Origin: an uncultured delta proteobacterium | Lineage (GTDB): Bacteria; Myxococcota_A; Polyangia; Haliangiales; Haliangiaceae | Length of the DNA stretch: 64,000 nucleotides | NCBI GenBank assembly: GCA_963848295.1 | Contig: CAWKDB010000002.1 | Location: 1,120,001-1,184,000, forward strand | Reading direction: 5' to 3' | In this document: one piece after another, positions 1 to 10,056 of the stretch | Position numbering within the stretch: position 1 is the first letter of the stretch | Layout: every line of letters begins with the position of its first letter | The notes under the pieces: generated by a model | The model's input: only the letters and a program-made list of their open reading frames with translations | Database searches by the model: none | Told to the model about the DNA's origin: nothing | Made by a program: the position numbers and the translations under genes

Positions 1-126
1 CCCGTCGTGCCCAAGGGCCAGGCGCGCATCCGGGTCCAGCTGTCGGCCGCGCACTCGACCGAAGATGTCGATCGCGCGATCGTTGCGTTCGCGGCGGTCG
101 GCCGCGAGCTCGGTGTCGTGGCGTGA
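1..126 (+). CDS. kbl: 3' end of glycine C-acetyltransferase (2-amino-3-ketobutyrate CoA ligase), partial
   Basis: Frame 1 reads [41 protein letters not shown], the typical C-terminus of Kbl; stop overlaps the next GTG. Confidence 0.8.
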   Translation, partial: PVVPKGQARIRVQLSAAHSTEDVDRAIVAFAAVGRELGVVA

Positions 127-359
127 CCGCCGAAGACATCATCGCGAAAATCCGGACCGCGATTCCGGATGCGGTGGTCGAGCTCTCCGACCTCACCGGC
201 ACCGCCGACCACTGGAAAGCCTCGATCGTTTCGGCTGCGTTCTCGGGCAAATCGCTGCTCGAGCGTCATCGCCTGGTCATGGCCGCGCTCGTCGAGGAGA
301 TGAAAGGGCCGATCCACGCGCTCACGCTCGACGTCAAGACACCCGACGAAGTCGCATAA
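123..359 (+). CDS. BolA/IbaG family protein
   Basis: 78 aa with DH...[18 protein letters not shown]...IHAL motif. Confidence 0.9.
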   Translation: MTAEDIIAKIRTAIPDAVVELSDLTGTADHWKASIVSAAFSGKSLLERHRLVMAALVEEMKGPIHALTLDVKTPDEVA

Positions 360-404
360 CCGGTAGCACCCTGCCCGGTCCCGTGCGATCGTCGGGGCTC
401 GTCC

Positions 405-3215
405 ATGGGCGCGGACGCTGTCGTCGAAGAGCAGTTCGGACCCTACCTCGTGTACGAGCGGTTGGGCGTCGGCGGTATGGCGACGGTCCACCGCGCGCTC
501 GAACGCGGGCTCGAAGGCTTCGAGCGGGTCGTCGCGCTCAAGCGCTTGCTGCCGCACCTCGCGGAGGATGCGAGCTTCATCAAGTCGTTCGTGCGCGAGG
601 CGAAGCTCGCTTCGCTGCTCAACCACATCAACATCGTCCAGATCTACGAGCTCGGCCGCGTCGCGGCCGAGTACTTCATCTCGATGGAGTACATCGACGG
701 GCGCGACGTCCGTCAGGTGCTGCGCCATGCCCGCCGCGTCACCGGGCCGCCGCCGATCCAGATCGCGATCGCGATCATGCTGCAGCTGTGCGATGCGCTC
801 GATTATGCACACGCGAAGGTCGACGAGCATGGCCAACCGCTCGGCCTCGTGCATCGCGACGTCTCGCCGTCGAACGTGATCGTGACGAGCACCGGCCAGG
901 TCAAGGTCATCGACTTCGGCATCGCGAAGGCGCAGTCGGCGCAGCTGCGAACCCAGACCGGGCGAGTCAAGGGCAAGCTCGCGTACATGGCGCCCGAGGC
1001 GATCGCGGGCGGGCGCGACCTCGATGCGCGCTCCGATCTGTGGGCGTGCGGCGTGATCCTGCACGAGCTGTGCACCGCGCGGCCGCTGTTCGCGAGCAAG
1101 AACGAGTACCAGACCCTGCTCAAGGTCCAGCGCGGCGACATCATGCCGCCGTCGACGTTCAACCAGTCGTGTCCGCACGAGCTCGATCAGATCACGCTGC
1201 GCGCGCTCGCGCGTGACCCCGACGATCGATTCGCGAACGCCGGCGAGCTGCGCGAGCAGCTCAACGCGGTACGCAAGCAGTACAACTTGCAGACCGGCTA
1301 TCGCGACCTCGCGTCATGGCTCGCTTGGGCATTCTCGGTCGAAGCGCCGAGCGGCGGGTTCGCGGCGGCGAGCACGCACGATCAGAGCGGCAGCGGTCTC
1401 GGCAGTAACAGCAACGTGATCGCGGCGGGCAGCGGGGAACCGGCGCGCACGCCGGTCAACAAGCACGTCACGCCTCGGCCACCGCGCAATCGCGACGACG
1501 ACGAAGCGGTCGAGATCGCATGGGGCGGCGGCGAGGTCGAGGCCGGACCGATCCTGCTCGACGAAGTTCCAGATGTCTCGTCCAAGCACCTCGCGGTCCA
1601 GCCGGCGCCATACGACGACGACGACGATGACATTCCGACGCCGCTACCGAACCCGGGGGTCGACACCGACGAGCACTTCATCATCGCGCTCGGACCGGCC
1701 GATGCGAGTGACTTCGCCAAGACGGTGATGCGCGGTGCGGCGCCGCCCGATCACTTACCGATCGATCCGCTCGCGCCACCGCCCGCGGCGGGTTCGACCA
1801 CGAGCGCGCAGCGCGTGCCGCGCACGAAACCGGGGACCGCGCCGGCACGCGCGAGGACCGCGTCGAGTGACCCGCGCCGCCCTTCGGCGCCGCTGCCGGC
1901 GGGTGACATGCCCCCGCCGTCGAATGACCCGCGCCGCCGTTCGGCGTCGCTGCCGGCGGGCGACGTGCCCCCGCCGTCGAATGACCCGCGCCGCCGTTCG
2001 GCGTCGCTGCCGGCGGGTGACATGCCCCCGCCGTCGAATGAACCGCGCGCCAGCTCGGCCGCGATGGAGCCGTCGCTCGCGCTCGCGAACGCGCGGTCCA
2101 AGCGCGTCACCGTGATCGGCGCGGCGATGGTCGAGGCGCGCAGCCAGTCGAACCGGCGCTGGCCATACGTGCTCGTCACGCTGGCGATCGCCGGCGCGGC
2201 GGCGACCGGGATCACGGTGTACGCGACCCACGACAAGCTCGAGCCGAAGACCGACCCCGTGGCGCAGCTGCCGGTCGCCGGCAACGCGACGCTCAAGTTC
2301 ATGACCGAGCCTGCGGACGCCGAGATCAAGGTCGACGGCACCGCGCTCGCGGCCGGGGTGACGGCGATCGAGCTGTCGCCCGGCCTGCATCAGATCGAGA
2401 TCCATCACGATAATCGCAAGTCCTGGCTGACGTCGATCGAGCTCTCGGCGCGCGAGCTGCAGACCCTGCGCGTCGTGCTCGAGCCGCTCGGCATCACGAG
2501 CGGCGACGCGACGCTGATGTTGTCGACCGAGCCCGAAGGTCTCGAGGCGGTGATCGACGGCGAGCTCGCGACCCGGCACACGCCGCTCAAGCTCCCACTC
2601 AAGCCGGGTCCGCACACGTTCGCGGTGCGCAAGGACGGTGTCGAGGTCTGGCATCAAGCGGTCAACGCCGAGCCTGCGGTGGTCTACGAGTTCAATCCGT
2701 CGTTCACCGCGGACAAGGCGCTCGAGCGCGAACAGCACAGCGCCCCGGCTCACATCGCACCGATCCCGCCGGCTCAGCCGAAGCCCGAACCTCCGCCTGC
2801 CAAGCCTACGCCACCGACGCCCGAGCCCGCCGAGCGCGTCTCGCCCCCGGTGCCGCCTCCTGCGCCGATGTCCATTCCCATTCCCGTGCCCGTGCCCGCG
2901 CCCGCGCCTGCGCCGGTGCGGACCGTCGCGCCGAGTGGGCCGCCGCGGCTCGTCGCGCCGACCGCGGTGACGAAGGTCTCCGGCGAAGTGCCGAACCTCG
3001 TCGCCTCGCCAGGGTCGGACATTCCGGTCGTGATCGCGGCGAAGCTGTGCATCGATGTCAGCGGCCATGTCACGTCGGTCGATGTCGTGTCCAAGCTCGA
3101 GCGCCGCACCGCCGAGGCGTTGGCCGACGGGCTGCGCAGCTGGCGCTACGCACCGTACAAGCCCGGCGGCGTCGCATCAGCGGCGTGCTTCGCGGTCACG
3201 ATGCGGTCTCGGTGA
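405..3215 (+). CDS. Membrane Ser/Thr protein kinase with PEGA domains and TonB-C-like C-terminus
   Basis: LGVGGMATV, VALK, HRDVSPSN, DFG, APE motifs; TM YVLVTLAIAGAAA; two TEPxxA PEGA-like segments. Confidence 0.9.
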   Translation: MGADAVVEEQFGPYLVYERLGVGGMATVHRALERGLEGFERVVALKRLLPHLAEDASFIKSFVREAKLASLLNHINIVQIYELGRVAAEYFISMEYIDGRDVRQVLRHARRVTGPPPIQIAIAIMLQLCDALDYAHAKVDEHGQPLGLVHRDVSPSNVIVTSTGQVKVIDFGIAKAQSAQLRTQTGRVKGKLAYMAPEAIAGGRDLDARSDLWACGVILHELCTARPLFASKNEYQTLLKVQRGDIMPPSTFNQSCPHELDQITLRALARDPDDRFANAGELREQLNAVRKQYNLQTGYRDLASWLAWAFSVEAPSGGFAAASTHDQSGSGLGSNSNVIAAGSGEPARTPVNKHVTPRPPRNRDDDEAVEIAWGGGEVEAGPILLDEVPDVSSKHLAVQPAPYDDDDDDIPTPLPNPGVDTDEHFIIALGPADASDFAKTVMRGAAPPDHLPIDPLAPPPAAGSTTSAQRVPRTKPGTAPARARTASSDPRRPSAPLPAGDMPPPSNDPRRRSASLPAGDVPPPSNDPRRRSASLPAGDMPPPSNEPRASSAAMEPSLALANARSKRVTVIGAAMVEARSQSNRRWPYVLVTLAIAGAAATGITVYATHDKLEPKTDPVAQLPVAGNATLKFMTEPADAEIKVDGTALAAGVTAIELSPGLHQIEIHHDNRKSWLTSIELSARELQTLRVVLEPLGITSGDATLMLSTEPEGLEAVIDGELATRHTPLKLPLKPGPHTFAVRKDGVEVWHQAVNAEPAVVYEFNPSFTADKALEREQHSAPAHIAPIPPAQPKPEPPPAKPTPPTPEPAERVSPPVPPPAPMSIPIPVPVPAPAPAPVRTVAPSGPPRLVAPTAVTKVSGEVPNLVASPGSDIPVVIAAKLCIDVSGHVTSVDVVSKLERRTAEALADGLRSWRYAPYKPGGVASAACFAVTMRSR
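1863..2048 (+). repeat. 57-bp coding tandem repeat (~3.2 copies)
   Basis: Encodes S(S/N)DPRR(P/R)SA(P/S)LPAGD(M/V)PPP three times. Confidence 0.9.
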
Positions 3216-4012
3216 TTCGCGCGTTCGCCGCCGAGCTCGACGCGCGCAACCGCGACAACCTCACGCGGACCGCGAGCTACCTCGAGCTCTACGCCTACAC
3301 CCGCGCGCATCCGCCCGAGCTGCCGTGGTTGCTGATGGCACACGTCGTGTCGCGCAATGCCGGCTACTCGATGTCCGATCTCGCGCGCCGGCTCGCCGCA
3401 CCGGCCGGCGATCCGGTGCTCGCGCCGCCGATGCGCACGCTGTTCGTGCTGCTCGAACGCGGCAACTTTCTGATCTTCTACGATGCCTGGCACCACGTCT
3501 GCGCGTTTCTCGCCGGCGACACCGCCGCCTTGGCACCACCACGCACGCCAGTGTTCATGTGCGAGGCGTGGCGGCGCTTCGCGGCAGCCGGCAGTGACGA
3601 ACGCGCGCTTGTCCTCGATCTCGTTCACAACGAGCAGCACCTGATCGAGCGCCGCGCGGTGCATCACCCCGACCTGCTCCCCGGCCTCCGGCTCCTCGAG
3701 CTGATCGAAGTCACGGGCCGCGAGCGCCCGATGATCTTTCCGTGCTCGGCGGCGGAGATCAAGGTCGGCGGCTTCGGTCATCTCGATCGACGGATCGCGA
3801 CCGGCGCCCGGATCTTCGACGAGGTCATCTCCGACCGCGCTCGCCGCGACGCCGTCTTCGCGTGGTGCGCAGCGCACCCTCACACCGGCTCGCGCGAGGT
3901 CTACGGCGGCCCGCCCGGCCCGACCGTCACCGACGCCTGGCCGCTCTCGCTCGTCCAATCGCTCTGGCCAGCCATCCACTCGCCGCCGGATCCCGATCCG
4001 CTCTATCCTTGA
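3212..4012 (+). CDS. DUF2515 family protein
   Basis: NRDNLTRTASY...PELPWLLMAHVVSRNAGYSMSDL...LERGNFLIFYDA; GTG overlaps kinase stop. Confidence 0.7.
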   Translation: MIRAFAAELDARNRDNLTRTASYLELYAYTRAHPPELPWLLMAHVVSRNAGYSMSDLARRLAAPAGDPVLAPPMRTLFVLLERGNFLIFYDAWHHVCAFLAGDTAALAPPRTPVFMCEAWRRFAAAGSDERALVLDLVHNEQHLIERRAVHHPDLLPGLRLLELIEVTGRERPMIFPCSAAEIKVGGFGHLDRRIATGARIFDEVISDRARRDAVFAWCAAHPHTGSREVYGGPPGPTVTDAWPLSLVQSLWPAIHSPPDPDPLYP

Positions 4013-4077
4013 TCACGATCGATCCGGCATTGCCTGTTGCCCGTCGCCTGTTGATCAATTGATCAATTTCTCAACTC

Positions 4078-4479
4078 TCAGGAACTGGGCGTGGCGACCA
4101 CCACCCCATGAAACATATCCATCCCACACGCGAACCCGACTTCTCCGGTCGCAGGCACGGTGACCGGAACCTCGACCGGCTTGCCGAGCGGAAGATCGAC
4201 GAGCTTGCCGTCCGGCGTCTTCAACTTCGAGATGCAATCCAAGGCCGCGGTGCGCGTGAACACCAGGACGAGCTTCTCGCCCGGCTTGCCCGGGATCCGC
4301 GCCGGCGTATAGCCGTCCTTGTTCGCCTCGATCGCGATCCGGGTAGTGCCGTCGGCGCTCGTGACCCGCGCGACTTCTTGCGCGACCGCGCTACCCGCTT
4401 TGTCGCCGGCGGGCGCGGCCTTCTTCGAGCAGCCGGCGAACAGCGATAGACCGAAGACGACGAGCAGGGCGCGCTTCAT
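4078..4479 (-). CDS. Cupredoxin-domain lipoprotein
   Basis: Lipobox LFAGC; GYTPARI, C...FACGMDMFHG copper motif. Confidence 0.85.
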   Translation of the reverse strand: MKRALLVVFGLSLFAGCSKKAAPAGDKAGSAVAQEVARVTSADGTTRIAIEANKDGYTPARIPGKPGEKLVLVFTRTAALDCISKLKTPDGKLVDLPLGKPVEVPVTVPATGEVGFACGMDMFHGVVVATPSS

Positions 4480-4498
4480 AGCGCGACCATAGCACCGC

Positions 4499-5530
4499 TC
4501 AGGCGAGGCGGGCCGACACCGTGCCGGTCGGCGACTGATCGACCGCGGCGAGCGGATCTTCCCAGTTCTCGAACTGGAGGATCCCGAGCTCGGCGAACCG
4601 CGTGCGCTGGCGATCGCTGAGCAGGCCCATCCGCTTGATCGCGGGCACGATCTTCGCGAACAGCATCTGGCGGAACATCACCTGGCCCTGGTTGTTGAGC
4701 GCGATGTCCATGCACTGCTTCGCGGGCAGGCCCTGCTTCTCCCAGACTTCTTGGAACAGGAAGCGATCGCGCATCAACCGCGCCGCCTCGAACACGAAGT
4801 CTTCGCGCTCGGCGCGCACCGACTCCGGCTGGTCCTTGTAGTAGTCGCGCAGCGACAAGATACCGAACGCGACGTGGCGCGCCTCGTCGCCCATGACATA
4901 GGCGGTGAGCTGCTTGAGCAGTGGCTCGTCGGTGTGGTTGCGGATCATGCCGAACGCGGCGAGCGCGAGGCCCTCGACCATGATCTGTGCGCCGAGGAAC
5001 TTCATGTCCCACCGGCTGTCCTTGAGGATCATGTCGAACAGCGTGCGCAGGTGCTTGTTGATCGGATACATGAACCCGATCTTTTCGTGGATGTAGCGAT
5101 TGTAGACGTCGACGTGACGCGCCTCGTCGACGACCTGCGTCGAGGCGTACAGCTTGCTATCGAGATCACCGACCGAATCGACGAGCTGCGCGACCGCGAG
5201 CAGCGTGCCCTGCTCGCCGTGCATGAACTGCGACAGCGTCCACGAAAACACCTCGATGTTCGTGTCGTTGCGCTCCTTCTCGGTCATCTTGTTGTAGATG
5301 TCCGAGCCGTACAGCGGCATCATCTGCTCGGCGCCGAGCGGGCGCTGCAGATCGACGTCGGTGCTCCACGGCAAGACCTCGTCGGAGATCCACTGCGCGC
5401 GCGTCGCCTTGTCGTACAGGTCGCGCAGCCGCTCGCGCGTGTCCTGGTAGCCCCACGTAAACGTCACGTCGAGCATGGCTTCGAGCGTCTCGATCGAGGG
5501 CGCGGTGACGGCGTCGGCAGTGGCGACCAT
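4499..5530 (-). CDS. Ferritin-like diiron oxygenase (AurF-like)
   Basis: Two ExxH sets: HGEQG...DEARH and VEG...DEARH. Confidence 0.85.
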   Translation of the reverse strand: MVATADAVTAPSIETLEAMLDVTFTWGYQDTRERLRDLYDKATRAQWISDEVLPWSTDVDLQRPLGAEQMMPLYGSDIYNKMTEKERNDTNIEVFSWTLSQFMHGEQGTLLAVAQLVDSVGDLDSKLYASTQVVDEARHVDVYNRYIHEKIGFMYPINKHLRTLFDMILKDSRWDMKFLGAQIMVEGLALAAFGMIRNHTDEPLLKQLTAYVMGDEARHVAFGILSLRDYYKDQPESVRAEREDFVFEAARLMRDRFLFQEVWEKQGLPAKQCMDIALNNQGQVMFRQMLFAKIVPAIKRMGLLSDRQRTRFAELGILQFENWEDPLAAVDQSPTGTVSARLA

Positions 5531-5543
5531 GGCGGCTCCTTGG

Positions 5544-5565
5544 AAAGTGAAACTTGTTTCAGTTT
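5544..5565. promoter_or_regulatory. Candidate TetR operator palindrome
   Basis: TGAAAC-TT-GTTTCA (5548-5561) between the divergent diiron gene and tetR. Confidence 0.55.
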
Positions 5566-5604
5566 GTCCTGGCCCCGCGCTCGGGTCAAGGGCATTGTTG
5601 AAAC

Positions 5605-6264
5605 ATGGCGCGCCGAGCAGCCGATCGCACTCCCGAGGCCGTGCTGCGCGTGGCGCCGATGCCGGACTTCCCGCAGGAGCGAGCGCGACGTAGCTACCAG
5701 GCGCTGATCGACGCGGCGACCGTGCTGTTCGGCGAACGCCCCTACGACGAGGTCGGCACCCCGGAGATCGCGGAGCGCGCCGGCGTGTCGGTGGGCACGT
5801 TCTATCGCTACTTCGACGACAAGCGCGACGTCTACCTCGAGATCGCGCGGCGCACGATGACCCAGGCCCACCGCGACACGATCGAGCGGCTCACCCCGGA
5901 GCTGTTCGTAGGCTTCGCGCGCCACGAGACGATCGCCGGTGCGATCGGGATCCTGTTCGATCACGTGCTCGCGCATCCCGCGCTGACTCGCAGCCTGATG
6001 GAAGTCTCGCTGCGCGACCCCGCGGTCGCCGAGGTCAAGCGCGCCTACGACCAGCTCGCGGTCGACAAGCTCGCGACGCTGATCACCGCGATCACGCCGC
6101 GCTCGAAGGTGCCGGATCCCGAAGCCTTCGCGTACGTCCTGTACTCGTCGGCGATGCAGACCGCGTACGGCGTCGCGGTGCAATTGCTCCCCGCTGCCGT
6201 CGATCGCGATCGCGCCAAGGCTGCGCTCGTCGCCACGATCGAGCGCACGCTGTTTCCGGGGTAG
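5605..6264 (+). CDS. TetR/AcrR family regulator
   Basis: HTH IAERAGVSVGTFYRYFDDK. Confidence 0.92.
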   Translation: MARRAADRTPEAVLRVAPMPDFPQERARRSYQALIDAATVLFGERPYDEVGTPEIAERAGVSVGTFYRYFDDKRDVYLEIARRTMTQAHRDTIERLTPELFVGFARHETIAGAIGILFDHVLAHPALTRSLMEVSLRDPAVAEVKRAYDQLAVDKLATLITAITPRSKVPDPEAFAYVLYSSAMQTAYGVAVQLLPAAVDRDRAKAALVATIERTLFPG

Positions 6265-6301
6265 CGTGCGACGATCGCCGCGGTCGCCCCGTCCGGAGGT
6301 C

Positions 6302-7000
6302 GTGCGCAATGTGCTCGTGCTCGCCTGCGTCGCCGCGTGTCACGGCCCACCGCGCCGCGAGCTGGTCTTCGAGCTCGACGCGAAGGCGACCGGTTGCACG
6401 CCGGATGCGAGATCCCTCGAACGCGCTGCGGCCACGCTGCGCGATCGGTTCGAAGGCTTGTCGGAGGACCCGGCCACGGTGTTCGTCGCCGACGGCACGG
6501 TCATCGCGTCGCTCCCGACGTCGGTCGACGAGAGCGAGATCCCCATGCTCGCCGACATCGCACGACGGACACCAACTCTCGCGATCGATCGAATTGCCGA
6601 CGACCGCCCCAGCGCTTCGTCACTCGGCGATCACGTCGCTCACGTGCTCAGACCCGACGGCCCGACGCGCGTACTCGCGACTACCGGCGTGACGGGTGCC
6701 GCGATCGATCGCGTCCAAATGATCTACGCGACGCCGGATTCCCCCGCGGTCCAGATCGAGCTCACGCCCGACGGAGCCCGCCGGATGGCCGCGCTCGCCG
6801 GCCAGCATGTCGCGGTCGTGCTCGACGGCGTCATTCGCGGTGACTTCGTCTTGCCCAGCTCGATCGGAGCTCGAGTCACGCTCGTGACGAGCGGGGCGAC
6901 GGCGGACGAACGCGACCGGAACGCATGGGACATGACGGCTATCCTCAAGACCGGCGCCGCGACCTGCCCGCTCGTGCTGCGCTCGTCGGCGACGCGATGA
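6302..7000 (+). CDS. SecDF periplasmic-head-like putative lipoprotein
   Basis: VAAC lipobox; PAVQIELTPDGARRMA...VAVVLDG resembles the SecD P1 head; no TM domain. Confidence 0.55.
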   Translation: MRNVLVLACVAACHGPPRRELVFELDAKATGCTPDARSLERAAATLRDRFEGLSEDPATVFVADGTVIASLPTSVDESEIPMLADIARRTPTLAIDRIADDRPSASSLGDHVAHVLRPDGPTRVLATTGVTGAAIDRVQMIYATPDSPAVQIELTPDGARRMAALAGQHVAVVLDGVIRGDFVLPSSIGARVTLVTSGATADERDRNAWDMTAILKTGAATCPLVLRSSATR

Positions 7001-7001
7001 G

Positions 7002-7838
7002 CTACACGTCGATGTAGGCGCCCTCGCCGGCGGCGAACACTGGCACGGCGGTGCTCGCGGCGGTCCGCGCGACGACCTCGTCGATCATGTCGTCGGTCGC
7101 GTCCGGGCTGTGATGGAACAGCGCGAGCTGTTTCGCACCGGCTCGCTCGGCGACGACCACGCCGGCGTGCGCGGGCGAATGGCCCCAGCCGCGGCGCTGC
7201 TCGTAGTCCTCGTCGGCGTGCATCGCGTCGTGAACGAGCAGGTCAGCATCCTGCGCGATCGCGAGCGCTTCGGGCAGCGGATCGTCGGGCGACGGATACT
7301 CGACGTCGGTCAGCAGCGCGACGATCTTGCCGTCGCACGCGATCCGAAATGCCGTCGTCCAGATGCTACCGTGCGGCACCGCCGCGGTCATGACCTCGAA
7401 GCCGGGCAGCGTGATCGTCGTGCCGGGGATGAACGTCTCGATCGTGACACCGGCCGCGAGGTTCTCGAGCCCGTTGAGCGGGCTGTAGTGCGGCGCGAGC
7501 TGATTCTGCAGCGTCGCCTCGAGCGGCAGCGTCGCCGGATTCGCGCCCATGATCCGGATCTCGTTGCCCTTGATGAAGAACGGCGTGAAGAACGGCAGGC
7601 CCTGGATGTGATCGAGGTGGGTGTGGGTCAGGAGGATCGGCAGCACGCCGGCGCCCTTGCCGAACTCGGCCGCCATCAGCTCCTTCGCGAGCTCGGTCGC
7701 GCCGGTGCCCAGATCGATCAACAAGCGTTGGCCCGCATCGCTGACCAGCTCGATCGACGTCGTGTTGCCGCCGTAGCGCAGGAAGTCTCGCCCGCTCATC
7801 GCGAACGAGCCCCGCACGCCCCAGAACCGGAGCTTCAA
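7002..7838 (-). CDS. MBL-fold metallo-hydrolase
   Basis: FWGVRGS...YGGNTT, THTHLDHIQG, HDA, GHS, FHH. Confidence 0.9.
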   Translation of the reverse strand: MKLRFWGVRGSFAMSGRDFLRYGGNTTSIELVSDAGQRLLIDLGTGATELAKELMAAEFGKGAGVLPILLTHTHLDHIQGLPFFTPFFIKGNEIRIMGANPATLPLEATLQNQLAPHYSPLNGLENLAAGVTIETFIPGTTITLPGFEVMTAAVPHGSIWTTAFRIACDGKIVALLTDVEYPSPDDPLPEALAIAQDADLLVHDAMHADEDYEQRRGWGHSPAHAGVVVAERAGAKQLALFHHSPDATDDMIDEVVARTAASTAVPVFAAGEGAYIDV

Positions 7839-8749
7839 CTCGCCCGCCCGATCGCGACCGTCATGCCTTCGAACGCGGTCAGCACTTCGACGCCGACCGC
7901 GGCACCCTTCGCGAGGTACGTCGCCGCGATCACGTCCATCTGCTCGTCGCTGTGCGACGGCGCATGATGATAGAGCACGAGCCGCCGCACACCGGCCGCG
8001 ACGCAGATCTCGATCGCATGATCGGGCGTCGAGTGGCCGTAGTGCGGGAACCTCATGTACTCCTCGGGCAAGAAGTGCGTGTCGTAGACCACGGTGTCGA
8101 CGCCGCGTAGCCTCGAGATCAACCGGTCGTGCATCGCTTGCAACGCGTCGCGATCGACTTGCGACAGCGGCTCGAGCCCCGACAAGAAGTGCTGCTTGTG
8201 CAACACCTTGTCGAACGGCGCGGTGTCCGAGACGTAGGCCCAGGCCGAGCCGTCGCCGTCGATGCGGTAGCCGACCGAGCCGAAGGGGTGGTTGAGCGCG
8301 ATCGGCGTGACCTCGACGCCACCGATCGAGAACGCGACCCCGGGCTCGACCTGATGAAACTTGAATTGCGCGGGCACCGAAGCGAGCGGCAGCGGGAAGA
8401 ACTCCGCGCGCGTGATCCCGCCGATCACCTGATCGAGCTCGTTCGCGGCGGTGAGCAGCGCGTAGATCGAGATCTGGGTGCCGGGGATATAGGCCGGCGA
8501 GAAGAACGGCAGGCCTTGGATGTGGTCCCAGTGGACGTGCGACAGCAGCACGTGGTACTGGCCGGGCGCGCCGTTCGCCTCGCGCGCGAGCTTGTTGCCG
8601 AGCGCCCGCAAGCCGGTGCCGGCGTCGACGATCACGCAGTCACCCGCGTCGGTGCGCACCTCGACGCACGACGTCTGGCCGCCGTAGCGGACGGTGGCAG
8701 CGCCGGGCACCGGGTAGCTGCCCCGCACGCCCCAAAAGGTGATTTGCAT
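7835..8749 (-). CDS. MBL-fold metallo-hydrolase (tandem paralog)
   Basis: FWGVRGS...YGGQTSC, SHVHWDHIQG, GHS, YHH. Confidence 0.9.
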   Translation of the reverse strand: MQITFWGVRGSYPVPGAATVRYGGQTSCVEVRTDAGDCVIVDAGTGLRALGNKLAREANGAPGQYHVLLSHVHWDHIQGLPFFSPAYIPGTQISIYALLTAANELDQVIGGITRAEFFPLPLASVPAQFKFHQVEPGVAFSIGGVEVTPIALNHPFGSVGYRIDGDGSAWAYVSDTAPFDKVLHKQHFLSGLEPLSQVDRDALQAMHDRLISRLRGVDTVVYDTHFLPEEYMRFPHYGHSTPDHAIEICVAAGVRRLVLYHHAPSHSDEQMDVIAATYLAKGAAVGVEVLTAFEGMTVAIGRAS

Positions 8750-8837
8750 GTCTGGCGGCCAATTCTATCCCGCCCCGGCCAGTTCCCCAAAAGTCGCGGG
8801 GTTTTCGTCGGCTCCGTCATGGGTTATGTCACGGGAC

Positions 8838-9872
8838 ATGAACCCTCAGCCGCGCATCCTGGTCATGGGCGCCGGTGGCATCGGCGGCATCGTCGCCGCG
8901 ACCCTGACCGAGGTCGGCGCCCCGGTGACCGCAGTGTCGACCAACCTCGAGATCCGCGCTGCCGTCGACAAATCGGGCTTCAGGTTGGTCGACGAAGGCG
9001 AACAACGCACGGTGCGCGGTTGGGTCTCGCCCGCGCCCGAGGGCCGCTACGACCTGTGCGTGCTCGCGACCCAGCCGCCGAACGTCGAGGACGCCGCCCT
9101 GACCGCCCTCACCCACCTCGCCGACGATGCCGAGGTCGTCGTGCTGCAGAACGGGCTGTGCGAAGAGCGCGTCGCCTCGATCGTGGGCGAGCGCCGGGTG
9201 ATCGGCGCGATCGTCGCGTGGGGTGCCTCGATGCCGGAGCCCGGGCGCTACGAGCGCACGGCATCGGGCGGGTTCCAGATCGGCCGGCTCGATGGCGAGA
9301 TCGACGAGCCGGTGCGCCGGGTCGCCGAGCTGCTCGAGGCGATCGGCCCGGTGACGATCACGAAGAACCTGCGCGGCGCGCGGTGGAGCAAGCTGGCACT
9401 CAACTGCGCGGTGTCGGCGGTCGGCACGATCGCGGGTGAACGGCTCGGTCCGCTCGTCCGGGTGCGGCGCTATCGCCGGCTCGCGCTGGAGGCGATGACC
9501 GAGGCCGTGACCGTCGCGAAGGCCGAAGGCATCGCGCTCGAGAAGGTTGCGGGCACGCTCGACCTCGAGTGGATCGCGCTGTCGGAAGCGGATCGCGCGT
9601 CGCGTGGCTCGGCGAGCCTGACCGCGAAGCACGCGCTGCTCCTCGCGGTCGGCCTGCGCTACCGCCGGATGCGGTCGTCGATGATCGCGGCGATCGAGCG
9701 CGGCCGGACGCCCGCGATCGATTTTCTCAATGGCGAGGTCGTGACGCGAGGCAAGGCGCGGGGCATAGCGACGCCGTTCAACGAGCGCATCGTCGAGGCG
9801 GTGTGGGACATCGCGAAGGGCAAGACGAAGGCGTCGCGCGAGACGCTCGACAAGGTGTGCGGCGGGGAGTGA
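8838..9872 (+). CDS. panE: Ketopantoate reductase family protein
   Basis: GAGGIGG, LQNG, WSKLALN, SSM...IDFLNG. Confidence 0.8.
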   Translation: MNPQPRILVMGAGGIGGIVAATLTEVGAPVTAVSTNLEIRAAVDKSGFRLVDEGEQRTVRGWVSPAPEGRYDLCVLATQPPNVEDAALTALTHLADDAEVVVLQNGLCEERVASIVGERRVIGAIVAWGASMPEPGRYERTASGGFQIGRLDGEIDEPVRRVAELLEAIGPVTITKNLRGARWSKLALNCAVSAVGTIAGERLGPLVRVRRYRRLALEAMTEAVTVAKAEGIALEKVAGTLDLEWIALSEADRASRGSASLTAKHALLLAVGLRYRRMRSSMIAAIERGRTPAIDFLNGEVVTRGKARGIATPFNERIVEAVWDIAKGKTKASRETLDKVCGGE

Positions 9873-9881
9873 CGCGGCGGA

Positions 9882-10056
9882 GATCGCGAACGCGCGCGCT
9901 GGCGAAGCTGTCACGGGGTCCTGCGCGCGGCGCGCGATCGGCGGTGCGGGACAACGGGCGGTGCATCGCGTTTTGCTACGCCGGCGCATGATGATCGACT
10001 TGGAAGTTACGCGCTTGGACCCCGTGCAGCTCCGCCTTGCGCGCGCTGACGCGATC
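9882..10056 (+). repeat. Rod-like palindromic element, copy A (candidate structured RNA or REPIN-like)
   Basis: Self-complementary arms; core 9915-10023 matches the reverse complement of 18537-18645 at 101/109. Confidence 0.75.

Noticed and set aside
7002..8749. Tandem MBL hydrolases as a defence system
   Set aside because: Common paralog pair with host-like composition and no defence-type partners.
9882..10056. SRP RNA or 6S RNA call
   Set aside because: No SRP domain IV motif. The size fits 6S, but I see no large central bubble; left unassigned pending an Infernal search.
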